Of a stretch of 64,000 nt of DNA, positions 22,960-35,278 are shown piece by piece. The stretch's first letter is position 1. Each line of letters opens with the position of its first letter. Below the pieces are notes generated by a model. The model searched no databases and was not told where the DNA came from. It saw nothing but the letters and a program-made list of their open reading frames with translations. The stretch comes from Amphiscolops sp. MND2022 (taxonomy: Eukaryota), in assembly GCA_964187785.1 (NCBI GenBank), contig OZ076409.1, positions 68,016,001-68,080,000 of the forward strand. The letters are read 5' to 3'. A program made the position numbers and the translations under genes.

Positions 22960-25900
22960 ATGCTGGGCTATCTTTCTGTTCCCAGGGCCTCTTTGAACCT
23001 TGCCTCCTCCTCATCCAAAAACCAGTTTGTAAAAAAGAGGACGAAATGGCTGGACAGCCATCATCGTTTTGTTCTTTTTGTTCTTTGTTTACACTTGATG
23101 CCTCTCACCTTAGCTGCCAAAAAGACAACAGATGACAACAAGAAGTCTTGTGATCATTGTAGAGAATTAGTTGGCAAATTTATTGACGAGTTCAAACTCA
23201 CAGACAGGCACGATTTCCTCATATGATAACATTTTATTGGAATGAAAGTTAAATACAATGTGAATCAGTGATTTTTGTGTGCAAATCCCAAGGCACATTG
23301 TCGAAAAGCACTTTGCGATTCGGTGTTGTATTTTACATATAAATTAGTTCTCCACTTGCCGAAGTGTCCAAATTTATCTCTAAGGGACTTACACTGGGTT
23401 GGAGCTCTGCAGCTTGCAGCGTACACCTCAACACGGGCTACATATTTAAATCATCGCCCTTTTTGGTAGAAAGCAAGGGAAGAAAAAGACAAATAATTTT
23501 TTGAAAATGCGTATCGTTTCGCATTTCGTCATCAATTCAAATCACACTTGTTCCATCTTTATTATTATGATACTGACTGTGCTCTAAAAGATTCATTAAA
23601 ATGAAAGGTGTAACAACGGTAGTGAATAAATTGCGAAAGTGGTCGCTGGATCAAAGATCGTTATCTGAAAAGCTATATTGGATCAAATAGTGACGCAATA
23701 ACGAACAACTCATTAGTGCATGTGTGGCGTTGCTAATTTGTCGAAACTCAAGTTTAGACGGTACCTTCTAAACAACTTTGAGTCCTAATTATTCAGTTAC
23801 ACGTTTTTATTTTGCTATAAATATTGCAAAAAAAGTTTTTTCGACATAAGAGAATTCACCAAAGTTCTAGTTTTTTTTTCATTTGAAAACAGTGAGGGAT
23901 GAAATAGCCATAGCTATTGCTGCAGCGAACTAACGAAAATAGCGATTTTAAACTGCACATGCTCGTGAATAGCGGATCTAACCTCTGGTCAAAATGCTTT
24001 TATTCCTTTCCGACCGGAAGCGTAAAAGCATTTTCCAAACTGTAAATCACTATTGCGGACATGAATTTTCACCGTTTCAATTTTCATATTCGGCAATGTA
24101 TAGCGTTTCATTGAAGACATGTACTCTTCAGGTAAATTTCGAATTGATGAGCGCCCAGAGATCAATGAAAAGTAAATTTCTTTGAATTGGACGATAATTT
24201 AATATTTGCCGAAGGAACTGTAGATCGACCCTCCGTCGACCAGCTAGGATAGAGGCCTCTGTAAATGTCATAGTCTAAGAGTAAGGACTATTTTATCCTT
24301 GACAAATTTTCTGGAGCAACTAATCGTGTAACTAATCCTTTTCTGACGATTTGTAAAAGTGTGATACTTATTTTATAAATTAGCGCCAGCCAATGTCCAC
24401 TAGCCAATGTTTCAATAGGACAGATACTGACACCTTAAGGTGGGCTCTGCGGCTTGTAGCGTATTGACACCTGAGGAACTTCACGGGCAAATGCAAGTTG
24501 CTTTATCATTTCACCCTGAGGTTTTGAGACACACGGTCCCCTTTCTTTCTCGATTCTAAAGTAATACGTACTCTAAGTTTCAACAGTATTACATCATCAT
24601 ATGAGGAAACTACGACAGGGGACTATTTGAGGGAGGGGACACTGACTGGGAAATCAAAAATTTGAAAGATTACAAGAAGAGCGAAGTGCGATTTATTGAA
24701 ATTACAGAGAAAATATATAAATGTAAAGTTGATCACGTCACACGATTACTTGAAGAGGTGAGTGAGTTTCCTTTTCATACTGTGTTGTATTACAATGAGA
24801 GCCACCTTATTTTTTGAATGCTCAGTTGAAGAACCTGCTGCGTTTTTGTCTATATAAACTTTCGATAAACTATATAAACTTTTCCTATGCTAATTTTAGT
24901 CGACGCTGGATGAAATTTAATAGAGCGCGAATTTTTAGTGGTTTTTCATCGTTTTCTCAACTGGATCGAAATGATCACAATAGTTCTACCAAAAGTTCTA
25001 CAGAAAAACATCTTCGGATTATCATAAAGAAAACGTTCAAAATGTCCTTTTTTATTTTAATGTTTTCAGTTATAAAGCTTTTTTGAGCCCAAAAGAGCCC
25101 CAATTTGGTAACATTTTTTTTCAAAAAGTCCCTGAGTATTTTTGAGAGACTTTCCTTTTTTGGATCCTAAAGGGAGGCACCGACATGTGCCGTTTTTGGC
25201 TTTTTAATAGTTTTTTGTTTTCTTCAAAACATAAGGTCGTCTGGATAATACACTGTAATTGTCCACGAGTTGTTTCAACTTTATTCATTCCTAGCACGGA
25301 ATTTCCATGCACCGTTATTCGACAGTAACTTTTTGTTTTTACCTGCACGAAATTTCAGGTTGAAGAAAACCTCGAAGATTTTTGGCGCGACCACTGGCAG
25401 CACGTGGGCGACTCAAACGAACTTGACAGCTACTTATGTGTGTCTTTGAAGAAGGTCTGTTGTCCTTATGGCTTCTTCGGTGCTGAGTGCTCGCCCTGTC
25501 AGAGCGGGGAAGAAGCCACGGCCGGGTGTTCTGGACATGGATCATGCAATGGAAATGGCACTAGGGGCGGCACCGGTTGGTTTCACAGCTCTTTGAAAAT
25601 CAGTTTGGTTGCATCAGTTCTGGGAAAACGTGGTGCGGTTTTGTATATTTGACTCGTATTGCGAAAATCTTACAAGTTGCATCTCAGTTTCATCTGTGTG
25701 CGCTGAAATTGTTTTTTTTTTAAATCTGAAACTCTTTTCTTGATAAATAGATAAAAACATCAACTTAGAATTGAGATGAACAAAATTTTGAGCATTCATG
25801 AATTTGACAGTTTTTCCTCAATTTCAAATATTGTTCAGGAAAATGCAAATGTGACGAAGAGTATCGTGGGTCGTTCTGTGAGGAGTGTAAGAAGGGCTAC

Positions 25901-26794
25901 CAACGCGAGGAAGAGAACCAAACATGTGTCGACATCGATGAGTGTGCCCAGAAAGATAAGCCCAAGTAAGTCATCTCTCATAACCTTACCAATAATCATG
26001 AGTTGATTTGAACACTTCAAATCGAAAAGCTGGTTTGAGTATTATGGTAACTGAGCATGTTTTTGAATGAATATCCTTGAAACTATTGCCTCTGGGAATG
26101 TACCTGCTTCTCTCGCTTTCAGTGCTTCTAGTTCAATTTAATGTCTTTATCCGAATGCACGAGTAAAATTGGTAAGGGTGCGAATAAACAATTTTAATTG
26201 ACTGACAACGACACGCTCGGGGTCGATTCCGTAATCACTACTGTATTCTCGCCATTCATGAAAACTACTTTAATTTTTAGTCTGTGTGAAGACGGGAAGT
26301 ACTGCGACAACAACCCCGGTTACTACTCTTGCAGAAAATGCCACGAAGCCTGCAACAACCTCACTTGCAACGGACCTGAACCCGAGAACTGCACAGGCGA
26401 CTCGTGTGCCGAGGGCTACTTAAAACTACTGGACGGTGACTCGGTTATCGGGTGCAAGAAAGACGAGGAAGAGGAAGAAGAGGAAAATTTAGGTGAGGGT
26501 GATGATTTAAATGCAAACGTTTCTTCAGATGGTGCAAATGGTACTGATACTTCAGTACCTGTTGAAGTAATCAATACAGAAGTTGGTTCTTCTGGTGAGA
26601 GCGTAAATGGTAAAGAGGTAGGCGAGGATAAAGGAAACGGGAATGGGCCATCGCATGAGGAAGCTATAACTGAAGCTACTGCCGACGATCATGGTAATGA
26701 GAATGATGATACTGTTGTGTTGAATTTGGAAGACAGTTTGGAAGATGTAGAAGCAATATCCAACCCCGAAAGACCCAACAATATTGAACTCTGA
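22960..26794 (+). CDS. CRELD: Cysteine-rich with EGF-like domains protein, soluble ER-type isoform (acidic tail ending NIEL)
   Basis: Exons 22960-23207, 24619-24757, 25359-25575, 25839-25965, 26281-26794. Hydrophobic signal, CDHC motif, FEGGDTDWE..YKKSEVRFIEI (WE domain), LCV..LKKVCCP.G.FG..C, CSGHGSCNGNGTRGGTGKCKC, DIDEC, CHEAC. Confidence 0.9.
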
Positions 26795-27642
26795 GGCGGG
26801 TGCATTATAATGTAAAATGTAACGTGTGTGTGTGTGGTGTAGTTGGACGTCATTGAAATCTTTCTAGGTGTTGTGCCTTTTTCAGTTTTTAAAAAAATAG
26901 CGGTTTTTTAACACCTGAATTTTCATTTTTAAAAGTCAGGCTTGGTTTGGAGTTTACGAATGTTTCAACGAAACGGCAACTTCTGTTCCATTTGCAGGAA
27001 ATAGCTTATTGGCATTTTCAATCAATAGTACCAGCTTTATCATACAAGTTCGACATTCTTGACTCAGTGAACATACTTGCCGGGATACAGTTTTGTTTCG
27101 CGATATGTTTTCTTGGTTTTAGCAAAATGCTATAGATCCAAAATTTTGGGTTTTCTCTCTACAGAATATGACTTCAATGAAGTCACCTTCCAAGATTGGT
27201 GTTCCGTCACTTCTTCTACTCATTGAAATATTCAAATTATACCTATTTGACATATCCAAATCTGGCGGATATGATACGAACAAATACTTATTTAGTGTTT
27301 TTATTGTCGAAGGTTTGATTCATAACCTCTAAATGTTGATTTTATTGTAATTTATTTCACCTTTAAGCGATATCGAATTCATTGTTTTCGCCTCATAAAT
27401 GTTTTAAATCGGTTACAATATTTTAAAAAATGAATTGGCCAACCAGAACATGGATCCAAACCGTGGAGAAAAAGAAACCGTGTTTAATAAATCAATCATG
27501 AAAAAAGTATCAAAATGTCAAGATTGGATGAATACGACGAAGTAATAGAAATTTGGACTTCAAGTACCAAAGCTCATGTTTATACAGTTTTTTGGAGATC
27601 AGTTTTAGAAACTGGCGCCTTCATTAGGAATGCAGTCAGGTG

Positions 27643-29565
27643 CAGGGGTGTTCAAAAATTGATTTTGAAGAAAACAATCAATTATTTCAAAACAATCAAT
27701 TAAATTGATATTGCAACCGTAACAATCAATTAATTGCAATTAATTGGTATAAACTAACATATCCCAGACACTAGTTTTTCGTCCCAAAATTTATTGTTTA
27801 TTTTGAGAAAAAGTTGCTCTTCGAGGTGAATGGGTAGTAGTCGTTGACGATGATCGTCGAACGCAAATGTTGCGCTACTGAAGAAACGTTCAATGATGTT
27901 CGATGTTGGAAGTAGAAAGTTTGTGTTCATAAACTCTTCTTTCTTGGTGGAACCCAGTCTGCGCTTTTTAATGATATCCATTGCAAAATCTTCCTTGTCT
28001 GATTCCAAAGGTGCGTCTGTTGGTGTCTGCAACAACAGATTTGAAGAGACAGTTCTCTCTTCAATGGTCAAATTTGAAAATTCCTTGTCTTGAATTTTCA
28101 CCACAGCGCGTTCAAAAGCAGAAGAGTGCACAATCTTAGCATCTGCAGCAATGTATCCGGACATGTCTGGATATTGTTCAATAACTGAATCAAAAACAGC
28201 TCTTACTTCTGCCATTGTTACATCATCTCTTTGTAGAGCTTTCTGAACGCCATTAAACTTTGCCAATTTTTTTTCCAACTCGGCAATATCTGCATTCTCT
28301 CTTGGTGTTGGAATGAAATCAATGATGAGCTTCTCACGTGAAAATTCAGGCTGGGATAAAATTTCCCGAAATTTTCCATACCGTTCCACCATAGCGTAGG
28401 TACTTGACCAGCGCGTATCGTTTCTCTGAACTGGTCTGAGATCTGTGTGCAAACGTAACATTAAGTTGTTGATCTTTTCAAGAATAGCGCATTGAGGTTT
28501 CAAATGTTCTTTCACGGCAAGATTAAATCTATGTGACGCGCACCCAATCAAGGGGAGATTGCACTTGGTCGATAGTGCCTTATTGACTGATACGTTATCA
28601 CCAATTATTGCTATGACATTTTCAAAAGTCTTACCATATACACTGAGTACCCAACTAATGAATTCATAATGTTCATCCGCGCCAAACTCAGTTTCACAAA
28701 ACATTGGCGAGAAAGCAAGCATCACGCTTTCGTAGCCTCCAACTTTCCCCAGGTCAGGATAGGTGGCAAATACTCCGACAAAATGCACAGACGCCTTTGT
28801 CCACCCGTCAATGACCAAAGCAATTTTCTCTGGTAAAATATGAGAAATCTTCTTCTCAACCTCCTTGGTAAGAATACCCATATATTTTCGCAAGGTATTT
28901 TCGGAAATACTCTCCAGCCTTATGTACTCCCGGATAGTTGTATCCTCCACAAAACTAAAGGGTCTCATTCCATCACAGATAATTCTTATCCAACCGTAAA
29001 TATTCATCCCTTTTCTTGAAGTTTCATCCACGGCAAATGCGTTAATAACACTTGGTGTATTGTTTACGGCGTTCGCAGATTCTTCTGGATGTTGTCGCTT
29101 TACATGATTAAGCAAATTACTCCATCCAGTGTTTTTCTTTTGCACGAGAACTTTTCCACATTTACATTTCCATGTACCAGCACTAATGTCGATCTGCTTG
29201 AAATATTTCGAGCACGTATCTTTTGGTAAAACTGGCATGGTTAAATTGTCATGCATGAAAAATAACCTGAAAGTAAAGTGAAAGTGACTATAATAAAGTA
29301 AACACAGCTGTGACGTATTATTTGCTCAGAAGTAGGCGGCAGCGTCACTACTCACTACATGTACTCACTCACTGCGTACTGTACACCACTGCCCTGGAAA
29401 CAAATTAATGCCGTGGCAAACAAAACAAAATGGAGGCAAAATATAATTGCAATTAATTGGTCCAAAACAATCAATTAGTTGGTATTGCAATGTACGAAAA
29501 ATCAATTAATTTAATTGCAATTAATTGCAATTAATTTAATTGCAATGTAATTTTGAACACCCCTG
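27643..29565 (-). mobile_element. Near-intact hAT DNA transposon (1923 bp)
   Basis: 15-bp perfect TIR CAGGGGTGTTCAAAA, perfect 8-bp TSD GTCAGGTG, subterminal AATCAATTAATTGCAATT-type repeats. Confidence 0.95.
27754..29256 (-). CDS. hAT transposase (BED finger, DDE, dimerisation domain)
   Basis: 500-aa uninterrupted ORF with WKCKC..NLLNHV..H, VIDGWT, IGDN, CASHRFNLAV, TRWSS and TSNIIERFFS. Confidence 0.92.
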   Translation of the reverse strand: MHDNLTMPVLPKDTCSKYFKQIDISAGTWKCKCGKVLVQKKNTGWSNLLNHVKRQHPEESANAVNNTPSVINAFAVDETSRKGMNIYGWIRIICDGMRPFSFVEDTTIREYIRLESISENTLRKYMGILTKEVEKKISHILPEKIALVIDGWTKASVHFVGVFATYPDLGKVGGYESVMLAFSPMFCETEFGADEHYEFISWVLSVYGKTFENVIAIIGDNVSVNKALSTKCNLPLIGCASHRFNLAVKEHLKPQCAILEKINNLMLRLHTDLRPVQRNDTRWSSTYAMVERYGKFREILSQPEFSREKLIIDFIPTPRENADIAELEKKLAKFNGVQKALQRDDVTMAEVRAVFDSVIEQYPDMSGYIAADAKIVHSSAFERAVVKIQDKEFSNLTIEERTVSSNLLLQTPTDAPLESDKEDFAMDIIKKRRLGSTKKEEFMNTNFLLPTSNIIERFFSSATFAFDDHRQRLLPIHLEEQLFLKINNKFWDEKLVSGIC

Positions 29566-30908
29566 GTCAGGTGAGACGTACATGTAACTACTACTGCCAG
29601 TTTTTATTTTCTAGAATACAGTTCTCAATGTTTACTAACGGTAGCGAAATTTTCATATAGCAACGTTTTAGTTTACAAACAGCTTCATTCTGTTCAATTG
29701 TGCGCTGTTTTAGTCCTCAACTGTTAGTTAAAAACTCTCGTGTTCAAATGTTGACTGTTAACCTGTGACATGAGTTGTTGATTTTGGTGACGTCAGTGTT
29801 TAGAACGTGCCTTTTGAACTGTATCTTTCTGGGGTTCATGAAAGTTTTGCTTGTATCTTAATTCTATCTTGAAAGCCCTTCAATTCTATGTCTACAATTT
29901 GTACATGCCTTTCGTCAGTTGTGTTTTCTGACGGCCAATTTGCAAAAACACTCTCTCAAATGCTTTGGTGTACAGGAATATTGTTGTTTTGGGTTGCATT
30001 TCTCTACGACTAAGTAATTCATGTATATAGTAGCAAAAAAGGAAACATTTCCCCCCTCAGAAACGATCTTGAAAAGCCATAAACATGTATTGTTAGATGG
30101 CTAAAAAACGTCTAGTATTTTCATTGCTTACTGTGGTCTCACTATATTCACAAAACAATATTTCCATGATCAAGATCTTAATATATGTTACCAAAGAAAT
30201 CTGCCGAATTAAAAACCGTATTTTCTGAATCCGCCGTTTTTGGGCTTCAAGTTCATGGACAAGGGTAGCTAATTCGGAACAAGACAACGTCTCAAGTCGT
30301 CACTCTCTAATACTATAGTTTTTTAAATATGCTAATGCTGTTTTTCTGGAATGCTGAAAAATAGCGCCGAAAAAAATATAAAGGGGACTTTTTGTCTCAT
30401 GTATCTTTGCAGTTGAAGTAAAAGGTATGATGACCAAAAGGCGGACGCTTTGGGTTATTTGGGTCGTTTTCGGATCCTAAATTAAAAGTCTGTGGCAAAG
30501 TGGACCGTTCAGGTCATTCTGTTGTCTGGAGAAAAACTTGTCATCTAACTTTAACCCTTGTCATCTAACTTTAAGTTGTCGGTTCAGTCGAGCCGTTCCT
30601 TGTCGAGCACGTTGCATTCGAAAATGCCTGACTAAAAATACAGGGAGTGGATGGTGTTTCATATAAATCAAATTTCAGCTGCAAGTTGATTAGTGAAATA
30701 TTAATTTTAATGCATTTGTGATCAAATTACATCAAATAAGTGATGGGAAATTGCCTGAAAAACGACTGATGGTTACAGGCTGGAATCCAGTTACTCAATT
30801 TTTGCCATTCCAAGGATAGATTTTTTCTCTAATAGGACGACTGACCTAGATGAAAGGGGAAATTTCTCATTTGTTATTTGGTGAATGGTGTAGCCTTCTT
30901 CATTTCAG

Positions 30909-31123
30909 CCTTATCCAAGTTAAATCAGTTCGTGGAAAACATCCCCATGGAGGTGTACACTGTGGGCGGCTACATATCGCTCGTAAGTCTGGGCGCTGTG
31001 GCTCTGTCCCGTTACAACCCCATGGTTGCTCTTACCATGGTCATGGTATCCATGCTCTTTGGAATCAGGCACTACAACTTGATGTTCACGACCGTCAGAA
31101 ACGTGGAACAGAAGACCGACTAG
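30909..31123 (+). CDS. CRELD: Alternative terminal exon of CRELD encoding two transmembrane segments (CRELD1-like isoform)
   Basis: Phase-1 acceptor TTTCAG at 30908 is in frame with the internal donor TTAG|GTGAGG at 26492/26493. Encodes ..VGGYISLVSLGAVALSRYNPMVALTMVMVSMLFGIRHY.. Confidence 0.72.
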
Positions 31124-32020
31124 TAAAACATTCAAAAACTTTTGCTGTTTTTGATGTTTGCAGACAAGTTTTTCTGCTATAAACGTGTAACTGTAACCTT
31201 CATACCAAGTTTTCTCTCAGGGCTCATTTGATCGAAACTGGAAATCGAAAATAATAACCTTCACACTGTCATAAAGGATTGTTTCAAAAATGCAATTTGT
31301 TCAGCATTATGAAGGAAAACTTGTTATCTTTGAATGTTGGTGGTGACTCTATTTGAGGGTTTTGATTTTTTAAGCAGCAAACTAGCGGTAGAGTTGATAG
31401 CTGTTGTGCTAGCGGCAACCAAAACATGACCAAATATGGATTGGATAATTCGTTTTATTATGTTCCTCCTATTTCCTAACATACAAGGCAACAAAAAGTT
31501 ATTCTTGTCTTAATTAAATTCACAAATTATGAAATCCTTCTAACTTCTCATGCAAAAAGTTTTTTCTCATTTCACCAGGGAAGGCGTCGAAGACATGTCA
31601 TTGATATCTCAAAACCCTGTTCTGTATACTTTTCCACAATAGTGTTTTGTGTTCTGCTCCTGCCTTTCGACTTGCAACGGAATTTCAGCTCAATCCATTT
31701 TTGATTTCACTATGGTACAAATTAATGATTATCTGCAGAAATAAAGCCCGCTGAGGTTTGGCTTTGAATTTAGCAAGTTCAACCGAAGTGATATGCAAAA
31801 ACTGTGTCTGACATAGTCTATGAATCAACATATGTAGTACCATAATCGTGAAAAGTTGTGAAAATTTTTTGATGATTGGGATGATCTGCAGCCAATTCCG
31901 TTGCATGAAACAATTTTTAGCACGTATAGCTCTGTGTAAATAGTAAATTATTCTTTATTGTATTGTGTTTGTAAATTATAAGAAAAACTATTTGTTGGCA
32001 TCTTTTTAGCATCTTAGCTA

Positions 32021-33656
32021 CACTGCGTTCCAAATTATTAGGCAAGTATCAAATTACTAGTAAACACCAATTTCAAGTTTCGCCGGAACAATCCAGCTAT
32101 ACTAGCGTTTTTTAAGTTTTTTTAATACTGGGAAAGTATTGCGAGAAACGTGGTATCTAACACTATTCAGATGAAAAGAAACAGTCGAATTTTTTTTCAA
32201 GTGTTCCGATTTATTAGGCAAATTGCGAAAGTTCAACAGATTATTTTATCTAAACGAGTTGAAGTTTGATCTACTGATAGACATAGATTCCCTTGTTCTT
32301 GAGTATTGTAACAATCCGCTTATTCATTGATTTTGTAACGTTTTGAATAGTATGAGGTTCAATATTGGAACAAATAGTTTTGATCGAGTCCAAGAGATCA
32401 TTTTTTGTTGTACTGCTTTCCACCTTCGTATAATTTGGCTTTTACGATAGCCCACAAGTTCTCTTTTGAATTGAGATCTGGAGAGTTCGCTGGCCAATTC
32501 ATTAGACGCTTTCCCGCCAAATTATGAATGCGTAGAAAAACTCTAGCCATGAGGGACAAGTGGGATGGAGCATTGTCTTGCATGAATACAAAGTTGTCCT
32601 GAAGGCCAGGTTCTAGAAGATGTATTTCAGGAGTCAAATTTTGTTCCAGAAACTCGATGTACGTGAAAGCGGTCATTTTCACGCCATTACGATACAAGTG
32701 CCGCAAAAGTGGAGTTTACCATTAAGTGTAAAGTGTATTTTCCGTAAAACGAGAGCGAACCGTATTTTAGTCAAACAGTGCATTGTGTAAAGTTCACTAC
32801 ACTAGCGTACAGTGTACAGTGCGTAGTGTACAGTCCTAATCACACCGTGTAACGAGCAGAACACGTAACGCGTATTTGAAATAATGACGCGTTTTTATTG
32901 GCTGTTAATTGAACTAGCAAAATCTTGCTAGTTCGTTGCGGCATATGTATCGTAATGGCCGTCCGGTACCTTGAAAGGGCCTATGAGTTTTGACCCAAGA
33001 ATAGCTGCCCAAAACATGACCCCTTCGCCTTGCTGTCGTCGTAGCCTAACTGGGATATCCAGCTTGTTCAATACCCAATCTCTTGAGAACCCATCTGGGC
33101 CATCCAAGGTTGCTCGACATTCGTCAGTAAACATAACTTTATCAAAATCTTGTTTCATGTCTTTAACTGCAAATTCAACTCTCCTTTCTTTATGGTTCAT
33201 AGTCAATGGAGGATTTTTAATCGCTGATTTCATTTTGGATTATCCTCCAGCGGCTAGTTCTAGATTCAACTTGAATATTGCTTTCATTGAAATACTTTCG
33301 AGACGTAGTAAGTGGGTTTCGAGCAATTGTCTTCTTCAAAACTTCAATTTCCTTTTTCTTGATTATTCTAAAGTGGCCTTTGTCGCTTCTACTTCTGACT
33401 TTGGATGCTTTCTGAACAAAATTTTTGATTGTTCGGTGGTCTAGAGATAACATTCTTGCTATTTTAATTGTACTTTTTTGATTAGACAATAATTTGACCA
33501 TCTGATCTTTTTCAATTGTTGTCAAATCACGTTTCCTCCCCATAATGTTGCCTGCATACAAATGCGAAATTATAACAAATTAATCCCATAAAATCGATGA
33601 AAGTGCAAGTATTTACTTTTGTTGAAAATCCTGTTTCTTGCTTAATAATTTGGAAC
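32021..33656 (-). mobile_element. Tc1-like DD37E (TRT-type) transposon, disrupted
   Basis: TIR CACTGCGTTCCAAATTATTAGGCAAG after TA; the other TIR lacks its outer ~6 nt. Peptides MGRKRDLT..DHRTIK, FTDECRATLDGPDG and FMQDNAPSH..SPDLNSKE (37 aa between D and E). Frameshifts and an insertion. Confidence 0.9.
32685..32957. mobile_element. 273-bp TIR element with 2-bp (GC) TSD inserted in the DD37E transposase
   Basis: TIR CATTACGATACA..TGCCGCA. Removing the element plus one GC restores codons P-D-G-V-K-M-T. Confidence 0.8.
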
Positions 33657-33934
33657 AGATTTGTGTTTGTCTAATGCAGGTAATGTTTGAATACAGTTTG
33701 AATGAAACCGGAAACTGGATGTGAAAAGATTATGAATGAAACTTTTGTTCAAATCATTCACTTGCTTAATAGTTCGGAACGCACAGTATTTTGGTGTTTT
33801 TCGAACATATACCTGCAGTTGATGAGTTTCTCGCATCTAGGCTCTTTTCCATGGAAATTGTCATTCTTCAATCGCTCAATTTTCTGTTGAACGGAGTTTT
33901 CACAAACTGAAATCGTATTGGGAGCGGCTCACTA

Positions 33935-34411
33935 TCCTCGACAGTACACCGAGTTGAAAAAGTAGCGAAAAAATTTTCAAAGCCTAATTTCTCCACGCAA
34001 AATAGCGACAGCTCAAATCGGTTTTCTGCTTCGCCGCGCCTTTCAAATGACACTCGAAATTTTCGCTGAAGCTTCATTAAAAAAACTTCTGTATGCGGTT
34101 TCAATGGTGGTAAACTGTGTTACTATAGTGTGACAGTAACTTAGCAAACAGTTGCTGTGTTATTGAGAAAAAGGTAATTTTCTGAAAAGTATTTTTTTGC
34201 AAATTTTCACTTTTTTCTAGTTATCTTTTTGCCGGTGTTTCGGAAAACAAACTAGATTGACACAAATAACAACTCGCTCCAGGTAGTCCAATAGATTGTT
34301 GATTAGAGAAACAAAACTTCGTTTTCCTATAAGCTCTTTGCGTTTCGTAATATTTTATTGATTGTGAAAAAAATTGCTGTCCCCATTTGGGGACAAAAGC
34401 ACTGTCGAGGC
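33935..34411. mobile_element. MITE family C
   Basis: TIR CCTCGACAGT / ACTGTCGAGG flanked by TA. Near-identical copy at 42821-43246. Confidence 0.8.
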
Positions 34412-34417
34412 TATGCA

Positions 34418-34775
34418 GACGGTTCCCTAAGCCAACCAAATAAATTTATTCTCAGCGCGTGATTAAATTCATTCTGAACGCGCGATTAAATTCATTCTCA
34501 GGTTTGATTGGACAAATACACATTCCAAATCATAGTACATGTAAACAAAAGAGCGTCAATCGAGCATTACGATAACATAGTCAGCTCTGGTTAGATACCT
34601 CTAGTGCCCTAAATGCAGGAGCAAAGTGAAGCGGAGTGACGTGCCATATGGCCATGCCTCAATGTTGTTACTTGGCGAAGGGAGCGAAGCGACCGAGCCA
34701 TACAACAGATATGCTAACCTCTTTAAGGAAATGAATTTATTTAATGACCTTTTTTGGTCGCCTTAGTGAACCGTC
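34418..34775. mobile_element. TIR element sharing an internal module with the MULE MITE at 19499
   Basis: TIR GACGGTTC.CTAAG.C.ACCAAA. Internal about 34582-34721 matches about 19590-19728. Confidence 0.65.
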
Positions 34776-35278
34776 GGCTTTGTGCACCGCCCCCATCGTA
34801 TTGATCTTTTGTTTGTATTTCAGAAACATTCAACTTGACTCTCATATAATGTGCAAAAATGTCACAGTGACCACAAGCCGAAGGCCATGAAAGGCGAAAG
34901 AAACAATTGGTTTCTCACTCCGTTAATCATTTTATTCCAGCTTGTATATGATGTTTTGAGATCTTATTGGGTAGTTTCATAATATTAATTTTCATTAGAA
35001 ACCTATTTTCCAGTGAGTGCTTTTTTACAAGGTGTTTGATCTTTACAGTGCCTCCTTTTCATACAGACCACTGACCTCACGTAGTAGTCAGCGGTGTATA
35101 TATAGATTTTTACTAGCTTCCGCCTTAAATTCCGCAGCGCACCCAAGGGTCCTCCCTTTGGTGGTTTTTCAATTCTAAGTAATAGCAAAACTGCACGAAA
35201 CCAAAGTCATCACTTTGGGTTTTTCGACACTGACGTTTTTCGTCATTCAATCATTTCACCTTAGGAGGATCCCCTCGA

